Assembly: GCA_030324005.1 (NCBI GenBank) | Contig: JARDVH010000121.1 | Coordinates: 53,723,397-53,787,396 of the forward strand | DNA from: Negaprion brevirostris | Lineage: Eukaryota | Length of the DNA stretch: 64,000 bases | Reading direction: 5' to 3' | Part shown: positions 1 to 12,505 of the stretch, piece by piece | Numbering within the stretch: position 1 is the first letter of the stretch | How the letters are laid out: every line of letters begins with the position of its first letter | Translations under genes and position numbers: made by a program | Notes under the pieces: generated by a model | What the model was told of the DNA's origin: nothing | Database searches by the model: none | Seen by the model: only the letters and a program-made list of their open reading frames with translations

Positions 1-207
1 CTAGCTGGTCCCCATGACACTAAGTGGCAACTTAGCATGGCCAATCCACCTAACCCACAAACCTTTGGACTGTGGCAGGAAACCGGAGCATCCAGAAGAA
101 ACCCACGTAGGAACAGGGAGAATATTTCATACAGACAGTGAGCCAAGCCAGGAATCGAACGCAGGTCCCTGGTGCTGTAAGGCAGCGGTGCTAACCACTG
201 CTGCCCC
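1..207 (-). mobile_element. HE1/V-SINE-like tRNA-derived SINE (cut by window edge)
   Basis: Minus strand reads cagtggttagcacc...ggacctgcgttcgattcc (A/B boxes), followed by the body tgctccggtttcctgccacagtccaaag...ttggccatgctaa. Confidence 0.85.
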
Positions 208-3200
208 ACAGTTACAAAATTATATAAGTTTACATGGGGTACATTAGACTCTTAATACTTTGAAATGGTGGCTTGTTCCCACGCTGGAGTCATACTGCAA
301 CTGTTGCCAACTCCTACTGGCCTCTTATGAGAGAGCTTTTATAATAGCTTGTAACATGCAACAGAAATTAAGTCATTTTAGATCACAATTTTCCTGCAAC
401 CAAATTAATATCTTGATGAATTAGATGTCCAATTTATCTTGCCACGGTTGTGCTGCTGTTCAACCTGAACTATTTTATATTTATGAGAATGTTTTAGTGT
501 AACTATACTATAAATGTGTAACCTCATTGAAAAGTACTAAAGCTGAAGCGGAATCTCTCATGACTCAAACACTCTGGTTGGAGTCAAGTTATTATGCAAG
601 TAAATCAGGTAGACACAATCTTGCATATTGGCATCATGCTAACACGTTATTACTGGGTAACATTTGTGTGGCATCCTCCAGGCTCATGTGAAAAGAGCTC
701 TGAATCAGTCTCTAATCAGCCATTTTCTGTTTCTCATCACAACTTGGGATTTCTTTTCAGCCTTTTTTGTTTCTGAACCAACTAAAATGGGACAGTAGAT
801 TTAATTTTACATAGGAATTAGGAGCAAAAGTGGGCAACATAGCCCTTTGAGTCTGTTCCTCCATTAATCTGTTCATGCCTGATCTCTTCCTGGTCTCAAA
901 TCCACCTCCCTACTTGTCCCCCATAACCCTTTAACTCTCGGGCATGGAATATTTTGTTTAACTTTAATTGTAAGAGAATTTTGGGTGCGCCAGTTTTAGC
1001 AATTGCAGTAGAATACAGTGGCACTACGCCGTGTGTGTTACCACGGCCGCTGACAGTAAAGTTGACATGTAAACAATAGGATCAACGATTTAATTCCTAG
1101 CTCCGCTGGGGAAAAATGAAACCTCCTTGACACGGTCAGGAACAGTTCAGATTTCAAATGTATCTCCACCAACATGATGACAGAATATACTTGAGAACTT
1201 AAACAATTTTTTTAAAAATCCCACCAGCTTTATAGTGGGGAACTGAGCCTTGAAAAAGGCTGGGTTTTGCCCCAAAATTTGGGAGCAATTTGCTCCTCAC
1301 TCGCCGTACATGGCTTTTTATGACCTCGCTCGGGCGTGGCTCACGCCCGCGGCCTTCTGTTCTGCCAACCGCGCCCGCCCCGGGGCAGGCGTGGCGGTAA
1401 AATTCCGACCAGTGGGTCAATGCACCCACGGGTTCCNNNNNNNNNNTGCTCTTAACAGGCAGGTCTGAGTTATGCTGGGGGTGGCTTTGTCTTCAGGCTG
1501 AGCTCCATATGATAAATAAGAAATGTGCCATGCAGCATGCTCTGAAGTGGACTCTAAAGTGGGCTTGCCAGCAATGCTATAACGTGCATCCTTTAAGCGC
1601 ATCCCAAAAACACTTCGTATGGGTGCAAAAGTGGGAACGTAGCTACTGACTGCAGCCTCAGGAGCTCCTGGGCCCAGCTGTGTGAAGAGGTGAACCAACT
1701 AACCCCGAATGAAAATGGCACATTTCTGCCTAAAAGCTATATTTTAAAAATGCAATATTTGGCTAAGGCTTCGACAGCGGGGGGTGAAGCGATGTCTGAA
1801 CCAAGGGTCGTAAGGCTGGTGTATCCCTTATATATTCATTTACCATCTGCACATTTTTGGATTCTTTTAATTTATTATAACGACGGATTTGCTCTTTTTA
1901 AAAAAAACCGCACTCAATCCTGCGCTGGTGCGGAATTTGGGTGGCATTTGTGTAAAGTTTTAATGACATTTCAACGGTTGTTTGAACATATTCATTTAAC
2001 AATTAAAAACAAATCCAAGCTCTGTTTGTGAGTCAGGAGCTGGTTGGTTGTGTAAATATTCAATAATTTCCTGATGGTGACAAGAAAATCTGTTGTCAGA
2101 ATATTTTGTTCCAAAATTATCGATTAAAATTCTATTGACAGTAAACACAATTTACATTAAATATAAAAGTTATTATTATTAAACTCCCCTCCTAGTTTCA
2201 TTACATGGAAACAGCACAAGGGTGGGGACCTTTCGGTAATCCTGTACTTTGTGCTGGTTGTGCTGTCATTGGGCTGATTATTAGAACTTGGTGACTATTT
2301 AACAGAGGCCGTTGCATTTACATGATCTCTAGTTTTGGTTTCAGGGTGGGGACCGCGTAAGGCATATGCACTGTCCCTCTAATACTGTCCCTCTAACACC
2401 AAGCAAGATGATTCTCTTTTAATCGCAACGCGGCGAATTTATCTGCTATAAACAGCGAATTCTCCGGAGGCGGAATGAAAGAATTGCCCTTGCAATGTTA
2501 TCTTAACTTGATCCAAATTGACCATAATTCCGATTTTAACCTAGTTACAGGTGACACCGCGGTTCGCCGCCTCGTTCTGTTTCTACACAATCTCTCGTGT
2601 TTGAATAATTGCACTGTTCTGTTGCTGTTTAAATATTAATTTACACAGGAGACCTTAGCACCATTTAATAAATATAACCGCGTGTTCCCGCAATTTTTAT
2701 TGGGTCCGGAATGTAATCTGCATCTTTTGGTTTATCAATTTCTTGTCGGTTTCATAAGTCAACTGAAACTGCGAAATCAAAATAGTCAAGTGGGATTGCA
2801 AACGCTCCCATGATATAAATATTAATAGATAGGATCCATAATCATTCTAAATTAACCTAATCATAAATCTGTCATCCAAGAGTGATTCTCATGTCCGATT
2901 TTACTCACTCTATATATTGCATTTAATTTTCGATACTAATCTCACCGGAATTGATGCCAATGATGTCTCGTTATAATAAACTTCACTCCGTCTTCCTGTA
3001 AAGGTCTAGAATGGTGATTCCCCTGATATCCCTGGGGGCTGGGGCAATAAGCAGGAGTTACACACAGCGGTGACCATTATCAGTTGTAAACCCCCGCGAA
3101 AGTGTACATAACCGCAGTAATCGAGTGAGTATTGTCAGCGTATTGGAGCACTGCTCGCTGAATGCATTGATCGTGTAAGAGAGCTCTCTCTCTCTTTCCC

Positions 3201-3716
3201 AAATTGACATTGAATCTACAGGAGGACAAAGCGGATGTTTCCAAATTAATTCGTTTACACGCTCATGGCGACATGTTGTCTGTGTCTTTTTATTAACGAA
3301 ATTCTCGAATTAGCGGCGGAAGCTTCGGTCACCGTGCCGAGAACGGTGGGAGAAACATCCAAAATTAAACTCGTTGTTAAATTAAACCCCTTCACTCAAA
3401 CATGCACCTCTTACATCACTCGGTGAAATCTGCGGCTGTGTCTCCATAACAACTCTTCCAATTCTGTATGTCTTTCAATGTTGTCAAAAAAAATACTTGT
3501 AGGTGAAAAATATATCCTGAAAATATCTAAGTTGTGTTCGAACGAGGGTAGAGATGTGGTGTGTGCTTTGTTCGAATTGATTCCCGATTTCGTTTTTAAC
3601 ATGTAATTTGAAATCATTTCTATTGGCCATGATGCACACTATCGTTTCCTGAAAGACAGCAATTCAATTTACGGTCGTTGCTACAAAGCATCTATTTTTA
3701 ATAGGTAATGTATAAT

Positions 3717-3851
3717 AATCATAGAATCCCTACAGTGCAGAAGGAGGCCAGTTGGCCCATCGAGTCTGCACCGACCACAATCCCACCCAATCGCTATTCC
3801 CGTGACCCCTCATATTTACCCTGCTAATCTCCCTGACACTAGGGTCAATTT
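3717..3851 (-). mobile_element. 5'-truncated HE1-like SINE, tail type A
   Basis: Minus strand ends ggcctccttctgcactgtagggattctatga, the same tail as 58130-58436 and 60576-60916. Confidence 0.8.
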
Positions 3852-3880
3852 GATAGAATTAATAATCAATGTGGGGATAC

Positions 3881-4046
3881 GGATTTTTTTTTCTATAGGG
3901 ATATAGTTACATGGTCGTTCTTGACCTACTTCCAAACATTTTTTGTTGTATGTGTCCTCTCACATCCCACTCGGTCACTTCTGTGAAGCTCTTTGCAAAA
4001 TGGATCTCGAAAGGATCACTTTTGACCCAAACATATGATTGATTCA
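3881..4046 (+). repeat. Local direct duplication, copy 1 (~170 bp)
   Basis: ggattttttttt...acatggtcg...tcacttctgtgaa.ctctttgcaaaatggatctc...atcacttttgacccaaacat recurs at 5593-5765. Confidence 0.9.
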
Positions 4047-5084
4047 AAAATACAATGTGATAGAATTTAAACGACTCCTCTATTATAAAGGCATTCCTTG
4101 AAGTTTTGAATTGTCAGTGAGGGAGGCATCCTTCTTTTACAGAAAGGTGACTGGAAGTTTCGCTTCCAGTGGCGAGTTGCTCTATTAAACCCTCAAATGG
4201 TTTCAGCTCTCACATGTCTCTCTTGCTTTTATTAGTCAATACCTACAAATCTAAGGAAACGGAGGAGAATGGTATAAAACCGACTCCTGTGTGTGGGGGG
4301 GGGGGGGGAAGTCTGTGAGAAGGGCAAAAAAAAATACCCCGCTGGGGAATATACATTTAAAATGGTCACTCCTTACTTATTTCCCTATTGTAACCCTGAC
4401 CGTCCTCAGCGGTGTCCTACAATCGAATAAAATGGGGTTAGACGAACCTGTCAAATTTGGGGCAAATATATAGAAGCAATAGAATCTTGTTTTCGAGAAG
4501 AAAGTTTGATCTTAAGGTGCTATGGGACATTTGTGACGCTAATGGGGTAGAGTTTGGCGTCAACAGTGTCTCAGACCCTGTGTTTTACGTAAATCGTTGT
4601 CAACAATGAGATTGGGCTTGTTTTGCCTAATTGTTTTCCAAAAGACACTTTTTAAATCGGGCCTGTCTCGCCGTCTATGCATGAGAGCTTTGGGATGATG
4701 TGTTTGACCCTGGCTTATTTTCCTATCGCGGCCCCGAGGCTGCTGGATCGAATGCGCCCAGTGCAAAATGCATTGAGAACATCTCATGGACAATAGCCAT
4801 GAGTTAGCTTCCCTGCCTACATCCAGGGTTCAGGAAAATATAGTGGGAATGATTCATTCAGGTCATCTGATGGTCGACACTGGCTTCACCAGAGGCCCGT
4901 GAGATTGTCAGAAAGCCTTCGATATTTACAGATAGGTTGAAATGAAATAGGTGCCCTGCAAACAACCAATTAACCGACAAAAAGGGAGTGAGCCGAACAT
5001 GAAAATGATCCGAACACTTGCAACCCATTCCAGAAACTCTTTAGAAGGCTGTGTGCCTTAATCCTAAATCGATGCAAATACATC

Positions 5085-5295
5085 GAAACACCTCCGAGTG
5101 CAACTTGACCGATGTATAGAGTTTGTAAAGAATTGTATCCCCTGTAATGAATATATTGAGATATTTGTAATATTCTCATTACTGAACTGAAACACCTCCG
5201 AGTGCAACTTGACCGATGTATTGAGGCTGTAAAAAATTGTATTCCTTATAATGAAAATATTGAGATATTTGTAATATTCTCATTATTGAACCGAA
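5085..5295 (+). repeat. Tandem duplication, 2 x 104 bp
   Basis: gaaacacctccgagtgcaacttgaccgatgtat...gagatatttgtaatattctcatta starts at both 5085 and 5189. Confidence 0.95.
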
Positions 5296-5592
5296 GAACC
5301 TCAGAGAGCATCTTGATCGCTGGAGAAAATGTGAATATCATTCATTGCACTTTACGGTTACGACAATTTGACATGTTTTGCAATGTCTTTCGGATTTTAC
5401 ATGAATAAAGTTTTTTTTTGCAAAAAAACTTCAGAAAGTTGCTGCGAGTTTAAGTACATTCAGTTTAGTTGCATGTACATCAACAACTTGCTATATAGTG
5501 TCTTTAAATGTAGTGATAGGTCCCCAGCCGCATGTGTACTTATAAACTTCAAATGAAATTGGCAGTCACTGGTGAATCCTAAAGGAGAATAT

Positions 5593-5765
5593 GGATTTTT
5601 TTTTCTAAAAGGATATACTTACATGGTCGCTCTTAACCTAATTTCAAAAGTTGCATTTTGTATGTGTCTTCCAACACTCCATCCACTCAGTCACTTCTGT
5701 GAAACTCTTTGCAAAATGGATCTCAAAATGATCACTTTTGACCCAAACATTACGATTGTATTCAG
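5593..5765 (+). repeat. Local direct duplication, copy 2 (~170 bp)
   Basis: Diverged match to 3881-4046. Confidence 0.9.
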
Positions 5766-6877
5766 ATATTCCTGCACGGAGCATTCATTGCATTTTATTG
5801 AATGACATTCAATTTTATAATTGGCTCTTCGGCTCCCATTCGGCTCTCAGTATTTTACAATTATTTAGTTCGATGCTGTTTTTAATTTGCCAGTAATAAG
5901 TATATTGCTAAATGTGTCGCATTGAAACGAACGGCAGTCTAGCTTATTTACATAGAATCAGTTTATAATTTAACACCTCCCGGTTACAAACGCTCTCACA
6001 ATGTAACTATGGATTCTTCCTAACGTACAAAATGTGTTGCCTCATCATTGCTACTGCAGAGTCCCCTTCAGTTAACTCGGCTTCTTTTTACATTTTATTT
6101 AAATGTCGTCCCCCGCCCCGCACCACCCCCCCCCCCGCCCCGTGTAAATTTAAGAGCCTGCGGTGTATACATCAACGTAGCTAACAGTTTGAAGCCGCTA
6201 ACGTGGGAGATTCNNNNNNNNATCCTGAAATGAAACAGGGCCCAAGAATTGCATTTGTTTCTGGTCGGGACCCAACAGCGAAACCTTAAATGTATAGCAG
6301 GCGGGAAGACTTTGCGAATGTGTGTTTTTTTTTAATTCACGTTCGAAATTTAAATTCGAAAAGCGAAAGTGGGATGAGTTTTCTAGAAACCATCATCTTC
6401 CATAAAACAATCCTCCTTTCAATCCGACAAAGACAAAGGAACTTGCTGAAATTCAGCTGGAGATGTTCGGAGAATGGGGAGGGATCTGTTAGGGAGCCAG
6501 ACTATAGTCTTCCCAAACATGGCCTGTAAAATCCAAAATTTATCCTGTAAGGATGTCCTCGACTCTTCTCCCCGAACACCCGGAGGATTAGACAGATAAC
6601 ATAAATGCATAGGATTGAAATAATATATACAATCTATCCTTTTTCAAAGACCATTGACGGTCATCGAATGTTGTGCCAGTAGACAGATTTAAAACAGGCA
6701 TGTAACAATCCTTGGAATCTGAATGTCTTCATTCAGACTGAAAACCACACGGATTGAAGCTACTAAAGAAACCTTTGACTGAGTTGAAATCTGCTTCATT
6801 TGTCCGAAGTATTTTGTTATGGTTGCATTTGATGAACTTATCTAAAGAAGGAAGTATTGATACGGTGTGAAGATAGA

Positions 6878-6994
6878 GTTTATTTATTAGTGACAAGTAA
6901 GGCTTATATTAACATTGCAATGAAGTTACTGTGAAATTTCCCTAGTTGCCTCCCTTCAGTATCTGTTCGGAGAATTTAGCACGGCCAATGCACC
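6878..6994 (-). mobile_element. SINE 3' fragment, tail type B
   Basis: Minus strand resembles actaggg..tttcacagtaacttcattgca.tgttaat.taagcc.tacttgt.actaataaataaa. Confidence 0.75.
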
Positions 6995-7224
6995 AGAAGT
7001 GTAGCGATGTCCAAACTTACGCTCTGTATCTGCAGGTTATCTGCAAATGCAGTGCAGAGAATGAAATCCCATACAGACACCAGGAGGGAGACAGAGGTAA
7101 AATAAAGTGAAGTTGATTTATTAGNNNNNNNNNNNNNNNNNNNNNNNNNNNNNNNNNNNNNNNNNNNNNNNNNNNNNNNNNNNNNNNNNNNNNNNNNNNN
7201 NNNNNNNNNNNNNNNNNNNNNNNN

Positions 7225-7522
7225 AAATAAAGTGAAGTTGATTTATTAGCCGCAACTAGGCTTACATTAACACTGTAATGAAGTCAGTGATAAAATCCCC
7301 CAGTCACCGCACTCCAGCACCTGTTCGGACACACAGAATTTAGCATGGCCAATGCACCTAACCAGCACATCTTTTGGACTGTGGGAGGAAACCAGAGCAC
7401 CCGCAGGAAACCCATGCAGACATGGGGAGAATGTGCAAACTCCAGACAGTCAGAGACTCAAGCCGGGAATTGAACCCAAGTCCTTGGAGTGTGAGGTAGC
7501 AGTGCTAACCAGTGCGCCACCG
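7225..7522 (-). mobile_element. HE1/V-SINE-like SINE with tail type B
   Basis: Full head (ggtggcgcactggttagcactgct...gggttcaattcc), body and B tail. Confidence 0.85.
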
Positions 7523-8759
7523 GCTTAGAAATAATCAGCAGAACAAAAACGTCATATACGCAATAGCATAAACAGTCATTATTGTTATTCCTTCACATCC
7601 TTCCCCTGGAGAATGGGATGCCATAAATTGAGATTATTATAAGTGATGGTTTCTTCCATGGCTATTGGTTATTAGACCAAGATGGTGGGAAGATTTTATG
7701 GACACCACAGCCCATCAAAGAGGATGAGGAAGTTTCACATGTATGAGGCTGTTCATGGAGTGAGTGTACCAGTGCAGAATTAGAATTGAAGGGCCAGTAT
7801 CCAATTCCCTCCCCTGCCTGGACAGGTTGTGAATGCTAACTCCAAAGTGGAGAGGCATCCACTAAGTCAAAGGTTTGATCATAATATACTGCATGAAACT
7901 TCACAAATAAACTTACTGAGTGAGAGAACAAATAGAACAGAGAGTGATCCATCGACACCAGCATGAGGATCCCAGGCAGATCCTATCCAAATAGAAGATA
8001 ATCATATACAAATGATAGCACCCCATAATATCAGTGAAATGAGGCTCCATTCATACATCAATACACAAAGAGATATCACAGTCACCAATACAAATCGAGA
8101 AGGGGGTTCTATTTCAGCAGATGAGTAGAGAGGTCTCATAGAAATACCTGTAGACAGATTCCATTTAGACAGAAGGAGAAGGATATTTTATTTGACTAAA
8201 AGCTCACAAAAACTGTAAAACGTAGAAAGATTCCACAACAGTGCAGTACAGCTTGTGAAATTCACACACCATTATAAGGAGAGACAACCCCCAGAGTGAA
8301 AGCAGTACAGAAAGTGACACCCTTGCAAAAAATACCTGGTAGATCGCCAGTGAAGAGATGGAGACTCAGTACAGACAACAGGACAAGAGAGTAAGGTTTC
8401 AAAAAATCACCATCCCACAGAGGAAGAAGGAGAGACATACTTGATTCAGTTACCAAAACAGGCAGTAAGAATGAATGCTAAGAGTGAGATGCCATACTAA
8501 CATGAGATGGGGTGGGGGTTAGGGGAGCTGGATTCTCCTCCCATTGGCAATTTAGCAGCTAGGTAGGCATTTCTAACTCGTTATACTTTCTACTTCAATT
8601 CATCATTTGCCATGTAATGTGTGATTGGAATATTAATATACTATGCAGTCAGTTTTCCAGCAGAATGTACCTCATTTCTCAAGACCCAGCAGCCTTGGAG
8701 ACGGGAGGGATTTGGGGGTCAGAAACAGATTGTCAGACACTTCTGTGGATAGAAAGCAG

Positions 8760-10255
8760 ACAGTGGGCATTAACGGTTTTTTTTAAAGTTGGCAGACAGT
8801 GAATATTGGAATGCTGCAAGGATCAGTGCTGGGATCTTAGCTATTTACAATCCATATTAATGACTTAGAGACAGATATTGTAAATTTGNNNNNNNNNNNN
8901 NNNNNNNNNNNNNNNNNNNNNNNNNNNNNNNNNNNNNNNNNNNNNNNNNNNNNNNNNNNNNNNNNNNNNNNNNNNNNNNNNNNNNNNNTTTGCTGATGAT
9001 GCCAAGATAGGTGGATTGGTAGTCTGGGGGAACTCACAGAAAGACTGCAAAGAGACATGGACAGGTTAAGTGATGGGCAACAAGATGGCAGATAAGAGTC
9101 TAATGTAGGGAAGTGTGAAGGTAATCTCTTTGGCCGTAAGAATCAAAAAGCAGAATTTTTTAAAAAATGTGTGAAATTTGTAAGTGTTGATGTTCAAAGA
9201 GACTAGGGTACCTCATACAAGAATGCAAAAAGTTAGCATGTGGGTGTAGCAAGCAATTAGGAAGGCAAATTGCACATTGGCCTTTATTGCAAGAGGATTT
9301 CATGCAAGAATAAAGAAGTCTGACTGCAATCATATAGGTTTTGGGTGAGACCTTGTCTGGAACTGTGTGCAGTTTTCGTCTGGATGTTTAAAAAAGGATA
9401 CATTTGCGTTGGAGACAGTGCAATGATCTTTCACTAGATCGATCCCTGGGATGAAGGATTTGTCCTATGATGAGAGACTGAGTGAAGTGGGCTTTAAAAG
9501 CTAACGTTTATTTATTAGTCACAAGTAATGCTTACATTACACTGCAATGAAGTTACTNNNNNNNNNNNNNNNNNNNNNNNNNNNNNNNNNNNNNNNNNNN
9601 NNNNNNNNNNNNNNNNNNNNNNNNNNNNNNNNNNNNNNNNNNNNNNNNNNNNNNNNNAAAAAAAACTGGTCAGTGCAACATCGTGGGCCGAAGGGCCTGT
9701 TCTGCGCTGTAGTGTTCTATGTTCTATGTTCTATGTTCTATTCCCCTAGTCACCAAATCAGGCGCCTGGATCTAAATGTACCTAACCAGCACGTCTTCAA
9801 GACTTTGGGAAGAAACCAGAGCACCCGGAGGAAACCCACACAGACTTGGGGAAAAAGTGCAAACTCTACATAGTGACCCAAGCCAGGTATTGAACCCAGT
9901 CCCTGGTGCTGTGAGGCAGCAGTTGGAGTTTAGAAGAAAGAGGCTTAAGATTACTGAAACCAACAAAATCCTGAAGGGGCTCGATACATTCTGAGAGATT
10001 GTTTCTTCCAGTTGAAGAATCTAAAATACATGGACACAGTTGCAGGAAAAGGGATCAATCACTTAGGACTGGGATAAGTGGAAATTTCTTAACTCAAAGA
10101 GTTGTGATTTTTTTGGAATTCTCTACTCCAGACAGTTATGGATGTTTCATCGCTGAGCACATCTAAAGTTGGGATAGACAGATTTTTGGTCCCTCAGGAA
10201 ATTATGGAGCAAGTAGGAAAATGGATTTGAAGCTCAAGATTGGCCACGGTCATAA
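8760..10255 (+). mobile_element. Decayed CR1-clade LINE 3' end, interrupted by a SINE
   Basis: RT remnants FADDAKIGG, LQRD.DRL..W, and CVQF-like motif with frameshifts. A SINE is inserted at about 9506-9921 and the LINE resumes at ttggagtttagaaga. Confidence 0.85.
9506..9921 (-). mobile_element. HE1-like SINE (tail B) nested in CR1, spanning an assembly gap
   Basis: B tail at 9506-9557 and body/head at 9750-9921. Confidence 0.75.
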
Positions 10256-10262
10256 TGGCAGA

Positions 10263-10382
10263 GATGTGCTGGTTAGGTGCATTGATCTGAACAGGTGCTG
10301 GAGTGTGGCGACTAGGAGAATTTCATAGTCATTTCATTGCAGTGTTAATATAAACCTTACTTGTGACAAGTAAATAAACTTT
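10263..10382 (+). mobile_element. SINE 3' fragment, tail type B
   Basis: gttaggtgcattg...ggagtgtggcgactagg...tcattgcagtgttaat...cttgtgac...aaataaac. Confidence 0.75.
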
Positions 10383-10569
10383 ACTTTTTGGATCATATGG
10401 TCTAATCCTGTTTCTGTTCTTATGTACTGCAAATTAAAGCTGGGCTAGACGGGATAGATTCTTCAGGACAATGGACAGGAAGCTATCTAGTAGGGTAGTA
10501 TGCTGCTATCATCATGCTAAATGAGAGAAGGGACAGATCTAAGAGCTCAAAATTGGTTATGCATGAGGC

Positions 10570-12505
10570 ATGTTAGACCATCAGCAGCAGAATGATTCCA
10601 TTGAACCACAATCCATAGTCTTATGGCCTGATATATCCTTCATTCTACCCATCACAATCAAGCCATGTGAGCAACCACTGTTCAATGAGGAGTGCAGAAT
10701 AACATGCATGGAGCATCACCAGTCATACCTAAAGCTGAGGAGCCAGTATGCTGAAGTTAAAACACAGGACTACATGTATACTAATCTGCAGAAGCAGTAT
10801 GTGGTAGATGGAACAAAGCAATCTCACAGCTAACATATCAGAGTAAAACAAAGACAGAAAATGCTGGAAAATCTCGATAGGTCTGACAGCAACTGTGGAG
10901 AGAATTGAGCTGACTTTTTATGTCTGGATGGCTCTTCATCAGTTCTGGATCTATGGATCCTGAAAGCACTCTGCCTGTAGTATTAATGATTTGCCCTCCA
11001 GAACTAGCCACACCCATAGACAAGTTGTTGCATTACAGCAAAAGCACTGGCATCTGTAGTGTAGAACATTGCCCAGGGTAGGTGTATCTACAAAATCCAG
11101 GACATGTCCAACCTGGCCAATTCGTACCCTATCTGTCCATTCTTAAACATCTGCAAATATTGGCAGCGTCATCAACAATGCGCTGGCACATTAATAACCT
11201 GCTCACCCATCCTCAGTTTGAGTTCTGCCAAAACCACTCATCTCCTAATCACAATATCTCCTTAGTGCAAACGTGGACAGAAAAGCTGAACTCAAGAGGT
11301 GAGGTGAGGGCAGCTGCCTTTGACAATAAGACGGCATTTGATGTAATGTGGCATCAAGGAAACCTAGAAAAATTGAAGTCAACTGCANNNNNNNNNNNNN
11401 NNNNNNNNNNNNNNNNNNNNNNNNNNNNNNNNNNNNNNNNNNNNNNNNNNNNNNNNNNNNNNNNNNNNNNNNNNNNNNNNNNNNNNNTGCAATCAGAAGG
11501 AAAACTCTCCACTGGCTTGAACCATACCTAGCACCAAAGAAGGTGTTTGTAGTTATTAGAGGCCGTAGGACATCACTGCAAGAGTTCTTCAGCATCGTGT
11601 CCCAGGCCCAACGACCATAAGTCACTTTATCAATGACCTTCCTTACATTATAAGGCTAGAAGCATAGTATTTGTTGATTATTGCACAATGTTCAGCATCA
11701 TTCATAACTCCTCAGATATTGAAGCAGTTGTGCCTGCACAGAGAAAAACCTGGACAACATTCAGCTCTGGGCTGAAGCAAGTATGTTTTGTACCACACAA
11801 ATGCCAGGCAATTGTTATCTCCATTAGCAGAGAATCTAACCATCTTGCCTTGACGTTCAATGGGATTGCCATCATGAATTCCACATCCCCCTCCCCCCAT
11901 TGTCATCAACATCAACAAGTTTCTGTTACCATTGACCAGAAACTTATCTAAACCAGCCATATAAATACAGTGACTACAAGAGCAGGTTAGAGGCTGAGAA
12001 TGTCATAGCAAGTAACACACTTGACTCCCCAAAGTTTACCCAACATCCACAAGGTACAAGTCAAGAGTGTGACGGAACACTCTCCACTTGCCTGAATGAG
12101 TGGATGGGTGCAGCTCCAACAGCACAAAAGAAATTTGATAGCTTGCAGGAAAAATTACATTTTTAATTGATGTCCCATCCACCACCTTAAATATTCATGA
12201 CCTCCACCACGAGATACAACGTTTAATAAATTCAGTGCAAAAACTCATGAAGCTTTTTTCAAAAAACACACCACCTGGAAGGGCAGCAAACCTATGGGAA
12301 AGCAATCAACTGCAAGTTCCCTGCCTTGAAACTATATTGTTATTTCTTCACCATCTCTGAGTAAGAAACCTGGAACTCCCTTCCTAAAGCACTATGGGTT
12401 ACAGCAGTTCAAAAGGTCTCACTTCCACCTTCTCAGGGACTATTAGGGATGGGCAATAAACATTGGCCTTGCCAGTGATGTTCACACCCCGTAAACAAAT
12501 GAAAA
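10570..12505 (+). mobile_element. Decayed non-LTR retrotransposon (CR1/L2-like) RT region and 3' UTR
   Basis: Remnant LVQTWTEKLNSRGEVRAAAFDNKTAFDVMWHQG (RT D..AFD.V motif), FINDLP, multiple stops. 3' end caccttctcaggg...ttagggatgggcaataaa. Confidence 0.8.

Noticed and set aside
7100-7249. Identical short sequences on both sides of 100-N gaps (also 57217-57379 and 59991-60127)
   Set aside because: Overlapping contig ends around fixed-size scaffold gaps; assembly artefacts, not real direct repeats or TSDs.
11082-11960. ORFs with reverse-transcriptase-like motifs
   Set aside because: Frameshifted, stop-ridden LINE remnant; not an intact RT gene.
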